From: Anaerolineales bacterium
GTDB lineage: Bacteria; Chloroflexota; Anaerolineae; Anaerolineales; UBA4823
Assembly: GCA_016929095.1 (NCBI GenBank)
Contig: JAFGJM010000002.1
Coordinates: 128,137-192,136, forward strand
Length of the DNA stretch: 64,000 nt
Direction: 5' to 3'
Shown: positions 54,951-64,000 of the stretch, piece after piece
Layout of the letters: the number at the start of each line of letters is the position of its first letter
How positions within the stretch are numbered: the stretch's first letter is position 1
Notes under the pieces: model-generated
Database searches by the model: none
The model's input: the letters and a program-made list of their open reading frames with translations, nothing else
What the model was told of the DNA's origin: nothing
Position numbers and translations under genes: made by a program

Positions 54951-55691
54951 ATGAGCGAGGTCAATGGGTTCATGAACATTTTTTACAGCGTATGTATTTT
55001 GCTTGTCTCCTATCTTATCGGGGCAATACCGTTCGGACTCATAATCGTAAGGCTCAAGAGCGGGAAAGATATTCGACAAATAGAAAGCGGACGTACCGGG
55101 GGGACAAATGCTTTTCGAGCTGCAGGATTATGGGCAGGTGTGGCGACCGCATTATTAGATGGCGCCAAAGCTGCCAGCGCGGTTTGGATTGCCCGCTATT
55201 TCATACCCGGCAACCATTGGTTAGAAATCATTGCACCATTAATCGCCATCCTGGGACATAACTATTCGATATTTCTGGCGGAAAGAAAAGAAAATGGGAG
55301 TTTCCATTTACGCGGCGGCGCCGGAGGCGCACCCTGCGCTGGCGGTGCTTTTGGATTATGGTATCCAAGCCTGCTGATTACATTACCCGCTGCCTTGTTG
55401 ATTTTAGTTTTTGGTGGTTATGCTTCCGTCGCCACCATGAGTATCGCGTTCATTTCGACCATCATCTTTACCTACCGTGCAATTATCGGCGCATCACCCT
55501 GGCAATACATCCTTTATGGTGTGGTTGCCGAAGCCATGTTAATCTGGGCATTAAGACCAAATATTAAACGGTTAATTCAGGGAAATGAACGTTTGGTTGG
55601 CGTACGGGCTCAGAAAAACCTTAAACGTTATTCATCATCGGTTTCTTCTTCTGGCTCCTCCGATTTATCCTCGAATTCATCATCAAAATAA
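54951..55691 (+). CDS. plsY: Glycerol-3-phosphate acyltransferase PlsY with Ser-rich C-terminal tail
   Basis: SYLIGAIPFGLIIV...SGRTGGTNAFRA...HNYSIFL. Confidence 0.8.
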   Translation: MSEVNGFMNIFYSVCILLVSYLIGAIPFGLIIVRLKSGKDIRQIESGRTGGTNAFRAAGLWAGVATALLDGAKAASAVWIARYFIPGNHWLEIIAPLIAILGHNYSIFLAERKENGSFHLRGGAGGAPCAGGAFGLWYPSLLITLPAALLILVFGGYASVATMSIAFISTIIFTYRAIIGASPWQYILYGVVAEAMLIWALRPNIKRLIQGNERLVGVRAQKNLKRYSSSVSSSGSSDLSSNSSSK

Positions 55692-56551
55692 TCATCAGGT
55701 GATGCGGTCGGGTTCTCTCCGTATAGCTGTTTGTATAATGCGCGCAAATTCCTTTGGTGTAATTCTTCTGCCAATCCCCCAATCAACACCCGGCTTTTTC
55801 CGCACGATTCCACATTGGTTTCCATAAGAAGGTCTAGGGGATATTTTCGATATGAAGCTTTTCGTACAGCTTTTCGGATGGCTGATAAATATGCCAGATT
55901 ATCTTTTATATAATTTTCGATTTCGCCCCGCAATACGATATCACCGTGCCCCTGTATGACATTTTCCAACCCCATTTTCCCGATTTTTTTTAACGATGCA
56001 ATCATATCATCGATATTACCATCTACAAGATAGGGTAATGGCATACAAACATCGCCGGCAAAAAGAACACGATCCTCTTCAACCAATATGCCCACATTGT
56101 CATCGCTATGCCCCGGCAGCATAAAAAGATTGAGATTCTTTTTTCCCACCTTTATGCTGATATGACCATCGTCGAAAGAAATCTGAGGCAAGACAATTTT
56201 CACATTCCGCATCGCAGGATTTTGCTTACGCACCTCATTGAGTGACGGAATACCCCGCTCCTCCAACCATTGTCGGCATAAATTATGACCGATAACCATA
56301 GCCCCCGGAAAGAAATAATTCCCCCAACTATGATCGGCGTGGTAATGAGTATTGATTACATACCTTACCGGCACATTTATCTCTTGCTCGATAAAATCGC
56401 GAATCTCCAATGTCTCTTCAGGGGTAGCCAATGTATCGACAACCACTGCCCAACTTGGACCAATTATCGCTCCGGCTGTGACCTGAGCGTAAACTTCACT
56501 CTGAAAAAAATATACATTTTCCGCAACACGTTCTCGCTGCAACATAGACAA
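55628..56551 (-). CDS. MBL-fold metallo-hydrolase with acidic C-terminal tail
   Basis: NTHYHADHSWGN. TTG start 6 nt after GGAGG. Confidence 0.7.
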   Translation of the reverse strand: MSMLQRERVAENVYFFQSEVYAQVTAGAIIGPSWAVVVDTLATPEETLEIRDFIEQEINVPVRYVINTHYHADHSWGNYFFPGAMVIGHNLCRQWLEERGIPSLNEVRKQNPAMRNVKIVLPQISFDDGHISIKVGKKNLNLFMLPGHSDDNVGILVEEDRVLFAGDVCMPLPYLVDGNIDDMIASLKKIGKMGLENVIQGHGDIVLRGEIENYIKDNLAYLSAIRKAVRKASYRKYPLDLLMETNVESCGKSRVLIGGLAEELHQRNLRALYKQLYGENPTASPDDYFDDEFEDKSEEPEEETDDE

Positions 56552-56630
56552 AGAAATCCTCCTTCATGAATACCAAAGAATAGCACAAACCAATACCCAA
56601 AGTCAAGAAACATTAATGAAAAACACATAA

Positions 56631-56658
56631 TTGACTTTTAGAAATTTACAGATATAAT
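56631..56658 (+). promoter_or_regulatory. Sigma70-type promoter (TTGACT-N16-TATAAT) of the valS leader
   Basis: -35 at 56631-56636 and -10 at 56653-56658. Confidence 0.6.
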
Positions 56659-56692
56659 CTTTTTTATATATAAAATCGTGAAAAACCACATT

Positions 56693-56979
56693 CTCCGGGA
56701 GGAGTAAGTCATTAAAGCGCTGAAAGAGAAGGCAGGTCGTTGGCTGAGAACCTCCGCAGTGAAAAGTGACCGAATGTCGCCCGGATAGATTACCGAAGAA
56801 ATTGACCCAAATAAATGGTCCAAAAATAGACCGGTACGGGTAAGCCCGTTATAGCGAAACCCTGATCGTTTTTCTTACGCCTGTCAGGGTGAGTGTGCTG
56901 GAAGAAACCAGCAAACTGAGGTGGTACCGCGGAATAGTCCCCTTTCGTCCTCAAATTGGATGAAAGGGTTTTTTTTTTC
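56693..56979 (+). promoter_or_regulatory. T-box riboswitch leader (valine specifier) with terminator
   Basis: Stem I base CCGGG 56695-56699 / CCCGG 56780-56784. AGAGA box. Candidate specifier GTC at 56776-56778. T-box core AAACTGAGGTGGTACCGCGG at 56913-56932. Terminator at 56940-56979 with a T10 run. Confidence 0.8.
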
Positions 56980-56992
56980 TTTGGAGGAAGAC

Positions 56993-59710
56993 ATGGCAGA
57001 ACATTCACTCCCAAAAGCCTATGATTTTGTGACGACCGAACAAAATATATATTCGTGGTGGGAGACCAAGGGCTTTTTTAAGCCATCTAATGACCCGCAA
57101 AAACCCGGCTTTGATGCAAAAAAGAAGCCTTTTGTTATCTCCATTCCACCTGCAAATGTTACCGGAGAGTTACATTTGGGGCATGCAATGTTCGTCTCAA
57201 TGGAAGATTTGATGATCCGTTATCATCGTATGAAAGGTATTCCTACGCTTTGGGTACCGGGAATCGATCACGCCGGAATTGCCACCCAACTACAAGTCGA
57301 AAAAGCCCTGGCCAAGGAAAATCTTACCCGTGAGCAAATCGGACGGGAAGAATTCTTACGCCGCACCTGGGCATGGAAAGAAAAATACGGCGGCATCATC
57401 ACCAGTCAAATTCGACGCCTGGGTGCTTCCTGCGATTGGGACCGTGAAAGGTTTACGATGGATGAGGGGCTTTCCCACGCCGTGAGAGAAGCCTTCGTTC
57501 GCCTATACGAAAGAGGTCTGATATATCGAGGTCCCCGCCTGATCAACTGGTCTCCCGGATTAAAAACTGCTGTCTCAGATCTGGAAGTTGAATATTCCGA
57601 AGAACCCGGAAAATTATATTATTTTAAATATATGTTCGCCTCAGAAGAAATGCCACCGGGAGACAATATGGATTATATTTCTGTCGCCACCACACGCCCC
57701 GAAACCATCCTGGGGGATACCGCAGTGGCTGTGCACCCGGATGATCCTCGTTACCAGCGCTTCATTGGGCGAAAAGTGGTGGTGCCTATTCTAAATCGGC
57801 GCATCCCGGTTATCGCCGATCCATACGTAGACCGTGAATTCGGTACCGGGGCTTTGAAAATTACCCCGGGTCATGACCCGAATGATTTTGCCATAGGCGA
57901 AAAACATAATTTAGAAGTAATTTCGGTTCTGGATGAATCTGCACGAGTAAACCAGAATGGTGGCCCCTATAAAGGCCAGGATCGATTCGAAGCGCGTATA
58001 AATTTGTGGGAAGACATGCGCAAAGCGGGGTTGGTGATCAAAGAAGAGCCCTATACACTCAACGTTCCCCGTTCACAGCGCGGCGGTGAAATTGTGGAAC
58101 CGATGGTTTCTACCCAATGGTTTGTGAGTATCCAACCCTTAGCGGAAGCCGCTTTGGAAGCAGTACGTGACGGACGTATCCGTATCGTCCCAGAGCGCTT
58201 TACCAAAGTTTATTACAACTGGTTGGAGAATATCCAGGATTGGTGCATTTCCCGTCAACTCTGGTGGGGGCACCGGATCCCCGTGTGGCACTGCGCGGAT
58301 TGCGGGAAGATGACTGTTTCACGCCAGGACCCAACGGAATGCAGTCATTGCCAGAGTTCCAATATTGAACAAGATCCCGATGTTCTGGATACCTGGTTCT
58401 CTTCCGGTTTGTGGCCGTTTTCCACTTTGGGTTGGCCAGACTCAACCCCCGACCTCGAGTATTTTTACCCCACCTCTACCATGGAAACCGGGTATGACAT
58501 TCTTTTCTTTTGGGTGGCGCGCATGATCATGATGGGCCTGGAATTCACCGGCGATATTCCCTTTGATACGATTTACCTGCATGGATTAATTCGCGATGCG
58601 AATGGACGCAAAATGAGTAAAAGCTATGGGAATGTGATCGATCCTCTGGTGGTGATGAACGAAATGGGCACCGATGCATTGCGTTTTACCTTACTGGTTG
58701 GTTCCACACCCGGTAACGATCTCAACCTGAGCTTGAAGAAAGTCGAAGCAAACCGTAATTTTGCCAATAAAATTTGGAATGCCGGTCGGTTTGTAATCAA
58801 CGCCATTCAACAATCACCTCCGAAAGCCATTTCTGAACCCGAATGGACGCTTGCCGATTCCTGGATTTGGGCGCGTATACAAAGCCTGGTGAGAGATGTT
58901 GAACGATTATTCCAAAGCTATCAATATGGTGAAGCCGGACGTCAGATTTACGAATTTTTCTGGGGCGAATTCGCCGACTGGTATGTAGAAATTGCCAAGC
59001 TTCAACTCGCCGAAGGCGGAGACCGGGCATACTATACTGCTTATACACTGGTGCGTGTTTTGGATACTTGTTTACGATTGTTGCATCCCTTTACGCCCTT
59101 CGTTACCGAAGCCCTGTGGGGGCACCTGAAAGAAGCCTGCCTGGCGCATTCGCCCGGACTATCACCGAAAAATGGTTGGGAAAACGCCTTGATTGTGGCT
59201 GGTTGGCCGGAACCGTGCCCTCAAGAATCTTGGGAAAAGGAAAAAATCCAGGATTTCACAATAATTCAGGATATCGTACGCACCATTCGAAATTGGCGCT
59301 CCGAAAATGGCGTCACACCCGGAAAGCGTATACCTGCAACATTGGTATCGAAAAATTATGAGGATATCTTGAAAACGCAATCCAAAGCCATCGCGACCCT
59401 GGCATCCCTCGATTATGAGAACCTGAATATTATTCCTTCGCTGGCAGAGAAACCGGAAGACAGCGTGGCGCTGGTTATTGGACTCGTGGAAGTATACCTG
59501 CCGCTGGCCGGTCTGGTCGATCTAGAAGGCGAACGTCGCCGGTTGCTAAAGGAATTACAAGAAACCGAAAACCAAATTCTAAGATTAGAACAATTACTAT
59601 CCGGCGCGTTTGCGCAAAAAGCGCCTCCAGCCATTGTCCAAAAAGAACGGGATAAATTAGCTGCTTTTATGGATACTAAAGAAAAGATCACCAATCAACT
59701 TAAAGGCTGA
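56993..59710 (+). CDS. valS: Valine--tRNA ligase
   Basis: PPANVTGELHLGH (HIGH) and KMSKS. Start trimmed to ATG 56993 after GGAGG, because the ORF-track start lies inside the T-box. Confidence 0.9.
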   Translation: MAEHSLPKAYDFVTTEQNIYSWWETKGFFKPSNDPQKPGFDAKKKPFVISIPPANVTGELHLGHAMFVSMEDLMIRYHRMKGIPTLWVPGIDHAGIATQLQVEKALAKENLTREQIGREEFLRRTWAWKEKYGGIITSQIRRLGASCDWDRERFTMDEGLSHAVREAFVRLYERGLIYRGPRLINWSPGLKTAVSDLEVEYSEEPGKLYYFKYMFASEEMPPGDNMDYISVATTRPETILGDTAVAVHPDDPRYQRFIGRKVVVPILNRRIPVIADPYVDREFGTGALKITPGHDPNDFAIGEKHNLEVISVLDESARVNQNGGPYKGQDRFEARINLWEDMRKAGLVIKEEPYTLNVPRSQRGGEIVEPMVSTQWFVSIQPLAEAALEAVRDGRIRIVPERFTKVYYNWLENIQDWCISRQLWWGHRIPVWHCADCGKMTVSRQDPTECSHCQSSNIEQDPDVLDTWFSSGLWPFSTLGWPDSTPDLEYFYPTSTMETGYDILFFWVARMIMMGLEFTGDIPFDTIYLHGLIRDANGRKMSKSYGNVIDPLVVMNEMGTDALRFTLLVGSTPGNDLNLSLKKVEANRNFANKIWNAGRFVINAIQQSPPKAISEPEWTLADSWIWARIQSLVRDVERLFQSYQYGEAGRQIYEFFWGEFADWYVEIAKLQLAEGGDRAYYTAYTLVRVLDTCLRLLHPFTPFVTEALWGHLKEACLAHSPGLSPKNGWENALIVAGWPEPCPQESWEKEKIQDFTIIQDIVRTIRNWRSENGVTPGKRIPATLVSKNYEDILKTQSKAIATLASLDYENLNIIPSLAEKPEDSVALVIGLVEVYLPLAGLVDLEGERRRLLKELQETENQILRLEQLLSGAFAQKAPPAIVQKERDKLAAFMDTKEKITNQLKG

Positions 59711-60052
59711 GTATGATTTTTTATGATAGTGAAAGAAGAATAAGAAAGTCGGGATCCCCCCTCACCTCCCCCATTGTCTGCGAAAATGGGGGGATGTCCG
59801 GAGGACAGAGAGGTAGGAAAGCAGGCAGTTTATTTTCTGTTATAAAAAAAGTGCGCGCTCTTCTACCCGGAATGATGGTTAGTTAGAAAATTGATATTTT
59901 ATTCGTAATGAGTTTTTAGAAAATTTCCGCTGGACAGGTTAAAATGTAATTGAATAACAATTTCCCCCAATTGTGCTGATTAGAATAAGCTTGGACGGGG
60001 GAATATAAAACATATTAGATTTATTGTTTTATTCAAGTGAAGGAAATTGCTC

Positions 60053-60847
60053 ATGAAACTGCAAATCCATCAAATTTCATTAGCCTATGACGATGCAGGG
60101 CATGGTACACCGGTACTTTTCATCCACGGCTACCCGCTGAATCGCCATATCTGGCAGCCTCAGCTCGAGGGTCTTTCCGGTATTGCTCGAATAATTGCGC
60201 CCGATTTACGCGGACACGGCGAATCTCAAGCGACAAGCGGCGAATATTCCATGGAATTGTTAGCTGATGATTGTGCCGCCTTATTAGATTCTTTATCCAT
60301 CACCCAAAAGGTGATTCTTTGCGGGCTTTCAATGGGAGGCTATGTCACGTTTGCCTTTCTCCGTAAATATGCTTCTCGATTGGGCGGATTGATCCTCACT
60401 GCCACCCGTGCGGCTGCAGATAGCGAAGCCGCCAAGGCAAATCGCAATAACGTCTTGGTGCAGGCGCAAACCGAAGGGGCAGAAAAGATCGTAGAAGACA
60501 TGTTACCGAAGATGTTCTCTCCCCAAACCCTCTCCACCAATCCTGCTCTGGTGGATAAGGTAAGGCGCATTATGCAATCCACATCCCTGGATGGCATCCA
60601 GGGCGATCTCATGGGGATGAAAAACCGCCCGGATTCCACGCCTCTCCTATCACAAATCAATATCCCAACCCTGCTGGTATTTGGGGCAGAAGATCAAATC
60701 ATTCCCGTGGATGAAGCTCAAGCTATGCACTCCTCAATAGCCGGTTCGCGATTGGAAATTATCGCCAGCGCCGGTCATCTGCTCAATCTGGAACAGCCTC
60801 AAAAATTCAACATCATATTAGACCGATTTTTAAGAGAGAACTTCTGA
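60053..60847 (+). CDS. Alpha/beta-fold hydrolase
   Basis: VLFIHGYP, nucleophile elbow GLSMGG, C-terminal GH. Confidence 0.75.
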   Translation: MKLQIHQISLAYDDAGHGTPVLFIHGYPLNRHIWQPQLEGLSGIARIIAPDLRGHGESQATSGEYSMELLADDCAALLDSLSITQKVILCGLSMGGYVTFAFLRKYASRLGGLILTATRAAADSEAAKANRNNVLVQAQTEGAEKIVEDMLPKMFSPQTLSTNPALVDKVRRIMQSTSLDGIQGDLMGMKNRPDSTPLLSQINIPTLLVFGAEDQIIPVDEAQAMHSSIAGSRLEIIASAGHLLNLEQPQKFNIILDRFLRENF

Positions 60848-60852
60848 TAATT

Positions 60853-61491
60853 ATGGATCTTTCAACGATAGAACCCCAAAAAAGGGGAGAGCAACTCATT
60901 CAACGAGTAAATGAATTGCGGCTTAAACTTAAGGAAACAAATCCCGATAAACTTGCATCGTTAACCGGTATTCCGTTCATCCATCAAGATTCACAGGGAA
61001 TTTTCGATTTTCAATTTTTGGAGCGTCCCCTTCGTTTAAATTTTCCAAATCTGGAATTGTTCCAAAGGGGGAGTGATGATTCACCCAATCCACTCATCCA
61101 GGCGCTGGTGTTTTATTATTTTTCTACGGCCGATGGCAAGCCGCTAAGCCACCGTTGGATTTCTTTTTCCGAATTGCCAAATGGCATGTTTTATAATCAA
61201 GCGTTTCAAGGTTACACTGGCGTCACCCTTGCCCGTTTTTATCAAAACGATTTTTCGCATTTCTCGTCTTGCGCCAAACGACTGGGCGGCAAATCGGACT
61301 CCTTCGGCGATACTGCTTTCCGCTTTCAATTATTGCCGCGCTTGATGCTTTTAGTCGCCAGCTGGCAAGGCGACGACGATTTCCCATCTTCCTTTAAAAT
61401 CCTTTTCGATGCTTCTGTTTCACATTATATGCCTACCGATGGCTGTGCAATTGCTGGCAGCATGCTGACTGGCATGTTGCTAAAAAAATAA
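60853..61491 (+). CDS. Hypothetical protein (DUF3786-like, tentative)
   Basis: 212-aa ORF, 5 nt after the hydrolase stop. The family call is from memory only. Confidence 0.35.
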   Translation: MDLSTIEPQKRGEQLIQRVNELRLKLKETNPDKLASLTGIPFIHQDSQGIFDFQFLERPLRLNFPNLELFQRGSDDSPNPLIQALVFYYFSTADGKPLSHRWISFSELPNGMFYNQAFQGYTGVTLARFYQNDFSHFSSCAKRLGGKSDSFGDTAFRFQLLPRLMLLVASWQGDDDFPSSFKILFDASVSHYMPTDGCAIAGSMLTGMLLKK

Positions 61492-61630
61492 AATCAGATC
61501 ACCCTAGTATATAAGGGTTATGCATATCAACCTTGTTTGAAATCGATCCGCCCTGATGTATATACATAATGCCCTTGCGAAGGAGCACATTCACTTTTAA
61601 TGCTTTTTTCCATACCCTAGGAGAAATGTT

Positions 61631-62029
61631 ATGCCCTCTGTCATCGACCCGCAAACGATCAATACCGATGATTTACCCTGCATCTGGTCGCCCGTACAAT
61701 GGGAACTCAACCCCGAAGAACACGCCCAGGAATTGGAAGAGCAAGCCACTGCCAGTTTACTCTGGACTGCCGATGCGCCCGAGGCAATTTTGCGCCTACT
61801 TTTGAACGAATCAAAAATCGAACGCACCTTCGCGCCGCCGGATGGATACGACGCCGAAAAACAAGGCGAATGGGATGTCAGCCTGGTAACCTTCAATTTC
61901 CAACGTAAGATATATCTGTTGAAGGAAGAACGCGGGCCAGATCGCCTTTACCTGGAATACGAAGTCGATAATTTGGGGCAATGGGCGATAAACATCGAAC
62001 CGGAAAATGTCTCGATTTTTCGGATATAA
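61631..62029 (+). CDS. Hypothetical acidic protein
   Basis: 132-aa ORF; no recognised motif. Confidence 0.45.
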   Translation: MPSVIDPQTINTDDLPCIWSPVQWELNPEEHAQELEEQATASLLWTADAPEAILRLLLNESKIERTFAPPDGYDAEKQGEWDVSLVTFNFQRKIYLLKEERGPDRLYLEYEVDNLGQWAINIEPENVSIFRI

Positions 62030-62094
62030 AACAGATAGAAATTAATATCGGATTATTGTTGGCAGAAAATTGACAACAGTAGGTGGTGAACGTA

Positions 62095-62964
62095 CTAAAC
62101 CGTGGGTGTCAAGGTGGGCGTTGGCGTTTCTGTCGGCGTTGGCGTGGGAGTAGATGTACTGGTTGGAGCGCTGGTTGCCGAAGGAGGCACGGGAGTTGAG
62201 GAAGGCGCTGTTGTTGAGCTTGGTTTAGTGGTAGCGGTAGCCTTCGACGAGGTTTTTGAAGTGGCTGTTGCCTCGTTAACCACTTTGATATCTGCCCATA
62301 AATAACCGGTGGAATCGTTTCCTACGCCAAATACCTGTCCTGCCAGGTTATATATCATCCAGCCGCTTTTATATCGTCCGTTATTTTTAGGCGCTGTAAG
62401 ATCGATCATAAGGTCAACCGTTTGACTCGGCGCAACCGCCGCATTGATTGGCGTATCGCTGCCGCCACCCATACCATCACCTGAAACTAACACCAGAGTA
62501 TAGGTGCCGTACCATGCGCAACTGCCTGTATTTTTCACCCGCCAGATTTTCGTAAACTTCGACCCTCCGGTAAATTTAGTCCCCGGCGGGACATTGATAT
62601 GTTCGACGAATTCGGCTGCGTAACATGGAGGTGTCGTAGGTGTAAGTGTATCTGGCACAGGCGTCGAGGTCGGGGTTCGCGTAAAGGTCGCACTTGGCGT
62701 GGGGGTTGCTTCCTCGGGAGATCCGCTGCCCTCGCTTACGGAACTTTTATTTCCGGAAACCATCGGCAAATATAAAAGGTGTTTTGGCTGAGGTGTTGTT
62801 TCCTGCCCTTCGGGCAGCGCAGCCATGGTTTGAGCCGCCGCGGTTTGGATTTCTTCTGAACTCATATCCGAGGTCGATGTCTCTGAAGTCCTTTGTGCAC
62901 ATCCCACAAACAGCCAAGAGATCAGAATGAGTAATAATAAAATGGATAATCCATGTTTGTTCAT
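62095..62964 (-). CDS. Secreted NBR1-FW/Ig-like domain protein with Pro/Thr/Ser-rich linkers
   Basis: Signal/lipobox LFVGC. PGTKFTGGSKFTKIWRVKNTGSCAW. C-terminal PT-rich tail. Confidence 0.6.
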   Translation of the reverse strand: MNKHGLSILLLLILISWLFVGCAQRTSETSTSDMSSEEIQTAAAQTMAALPEGQETTPQPKHLLYLPMVSGNKSSVSEGSGSPEEATPTPSATFTRTPTSTPVPDTLTPTTPPCYAAEFVEHINVPPGTKFTGGSKFTKIWRVKNTGSCAWYGTYTLVLVSGDGMGGGSDTPINAAVAPSQTVDLMIDLTAPKNNGRYKSGWMIYNLAGQVFGVGNDSTGYLWADIKVVNEATATSKTSSKATATTKPSSTTAPSSTPVPPSATSAPTSTSTPTPTPTETPTPTLTPTV

Positions 62965-63090
62965 ATGGGTTATTTTTTTAGTTTATTTAACCAATCACAA
63001 ACCAGGTTGATTTATTTTTCATTGAATCCATCACCATTGTTTTCTTTCGCAATGCATTATACTCTACCCAATTTCAGTCAAAAATAATTT

Positions 63091-64000
63091 TTACTCTGAC
63101 TGTATGTATTTTTTACGCCATTCATACAGCTTGTTTAGGGCCTCAATCGGGCTAAGCGTATTAATATCCATGGCTTTTAGTTCATTCAATAAAGGATTAG
63201 TTTCAGGGAAAAGCGCCAATTGCCGTGCGGGTTGAGGGTTCAATCGCACGGCTTTTCCGGAAGATGACTCCAACTGGTTCAGAATTTCACCCGCTCTTTG
63301 CACGACCGGACGTGGTAATCCTGCCAGCTGTCCGACATGGATGCCATATGATCGATCTGAACCTCCAGGAATGATTTTGTGCAAAAACACCACTTGCCCA
63401 TCCGCCTCGCTGACAGCGACATTGTAATTACGGACGCCAGGTAATAATTCAGAAAGCTGCATTAACTCATGATAATGGGTAGCGAATAATGTCTTTGCCC
63501 TCAATTCTGGGTGATTATGGATGTATTCCACGACAGCCCAGGCAATTGATACACCATCGTAGGTGCTGGTGCCGCGCCCAATCTCGTCCAGAACGATCAA
63601 GCTTTTTGAGGTGGCGTGATGCAGGATATTGGCTGTTTCCACCATTTCCACCATAAAGGTCGATTGCCCGGCGAATATTTCATCCTGAGCGCCGATGCGG
63701 GTAAAGATCCGGTCGACCAAACCCAGCCTGGCAGATTTTGCTGGAATAAACGAGCCTATCTGAGCCATTAAAGTGATCAGCGCTACCTGCCTTAAATATG
63801 TGGATTTCCCACTCATATTTGGACCGGTAATGATGCGAATTCTTTCACCATTGTCAAAAATCGTGTCATTGGGAATAAAACGATCTCCCGTAATGGCTGT
63901 TTCTACCACAGGGTGACGCCCCTCACGAATTTCCAATACATCCTCATCGGTTATTTCTGGTCGGCAATAATCCCCGCGCATGGCCGCTTCTGCCAGTGAA
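63091..64000 (-). CDS. mutS: DNA mismatch repair protein MutS, C-terminal part (5' end beyond window)
   Basis: EGRHPVVE, Walker A GPNMSGKSTYLRQ, STFMVEM, DEIGRGTSTYDG, THYHEL. The frame stays open to nt 64000. Confidence 0.9.
   Translation of the reverse strand, partial: SLAEAAMRGDYCRPEITDEDVLEIREGRHPVVETAITGDRFIPNDTIFDNGERIRIITGPNMSGKSTYLRQVALITLMAQIGSFIPAKSARLGLVDRIFTRIGAQDEIFAGQSTFMVEMVETANILHHATSKSLIVLDEIGRGTSTYDGVSIAWAVVEYIHNHPELRAKTLFATHYHELMQLSELLPGVRNYNVAVSEADGQVVFLHKIIPGGSDRSYGIHVGQLAGLPRPVVQRAGEILNQLESSSGKAVRLNPQPARQLALFPETNPLLNELKAMDINTLSPIEALNKLYEWRKKYIQSE

Noticed and set aside
59740-59830. SRP RNA or RNase P RNA (GTCCGGAGGA...GGAAAGCAG, AGAAAGTCGGGA)
   Set aside because: There is only short, interrupted similarity to conserved cores. 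The flanking helices and other universally conserved motifs are missing.

Overview
This is a 64-kb bacterial chromosomal window. My taxon guess is an anaerobic Chloroflexota/Anaerolineae-like organism, at low confidence. All family calls rest on motif recognition by eye; no searches were run.

Mobile element (nt 1 to about 12,057). This looks like a phage-like, cryptic integrated element abutting tRNA-Lys(CTT).
- It carries one leftward operon of about 17 small genes joined by TAATG/ATGA overlaps.
- Recognisable products are a PD-(D/E)xK nuclease, a DUF5131 Gp37/Gp68 protein, an ASCH-like protein, a stand-alone Spo11/TopoVI-A-like protein, a multi-HTH protein, a ParB-like protein and a Rad52-type annealing protein.
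- No capsid, tail, terminase or integrase gene is visible.

Most unusual part: the non-coding control region at about 9303-9967.
- It holds five near-consensus promoters that share an extended -10 of the form TGCTAwwAT or TGTTAGAAT.
- It holds a 69-nt tRNA-like cloverleaf gene with a G3:U70 acceptor stem.
- It holds two tandem, paralogous small-RNA cassettes that each end in a terminator.
- It holds divergent promoters in front of an XRE repressor gene.
- The tRNA-like RNA is perfectly complementary (16 nt plus 9 nt) to the first 25 nt of the next same-strand transcript. This resembles the P1 c4 / P4 CI RNA-immunity arrangement.
- Separately, a second tRNA-like minihelix lies in the only large gap (190 nt) inside the coupled operon.

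Rest of the window (ordinary chromosome).
- Signalling genes: a REC-PAS histidine kinase, an S58 peptidase and a REC-HD-GYP protein.
- A NuoE/F/G-like plus NfnAB five-gene operon.
- A selenocysteine formate dehydrogenase locus with an in-frame TGA and a SECIS-like hairpin. It also has a fused NuoEF-like subunit, an FdhD homolog lacking the Cys pair, and FocA.
- A group-3b-type NiFe hydrogenase operon that is translationally coupled to a two-component system.
- Housekeeping genes: miaA, plsY, T-box-regulated valS and a partial mutS.

No CRISPR array, rRNA gene, transposase or reverse transcriptase was seen.
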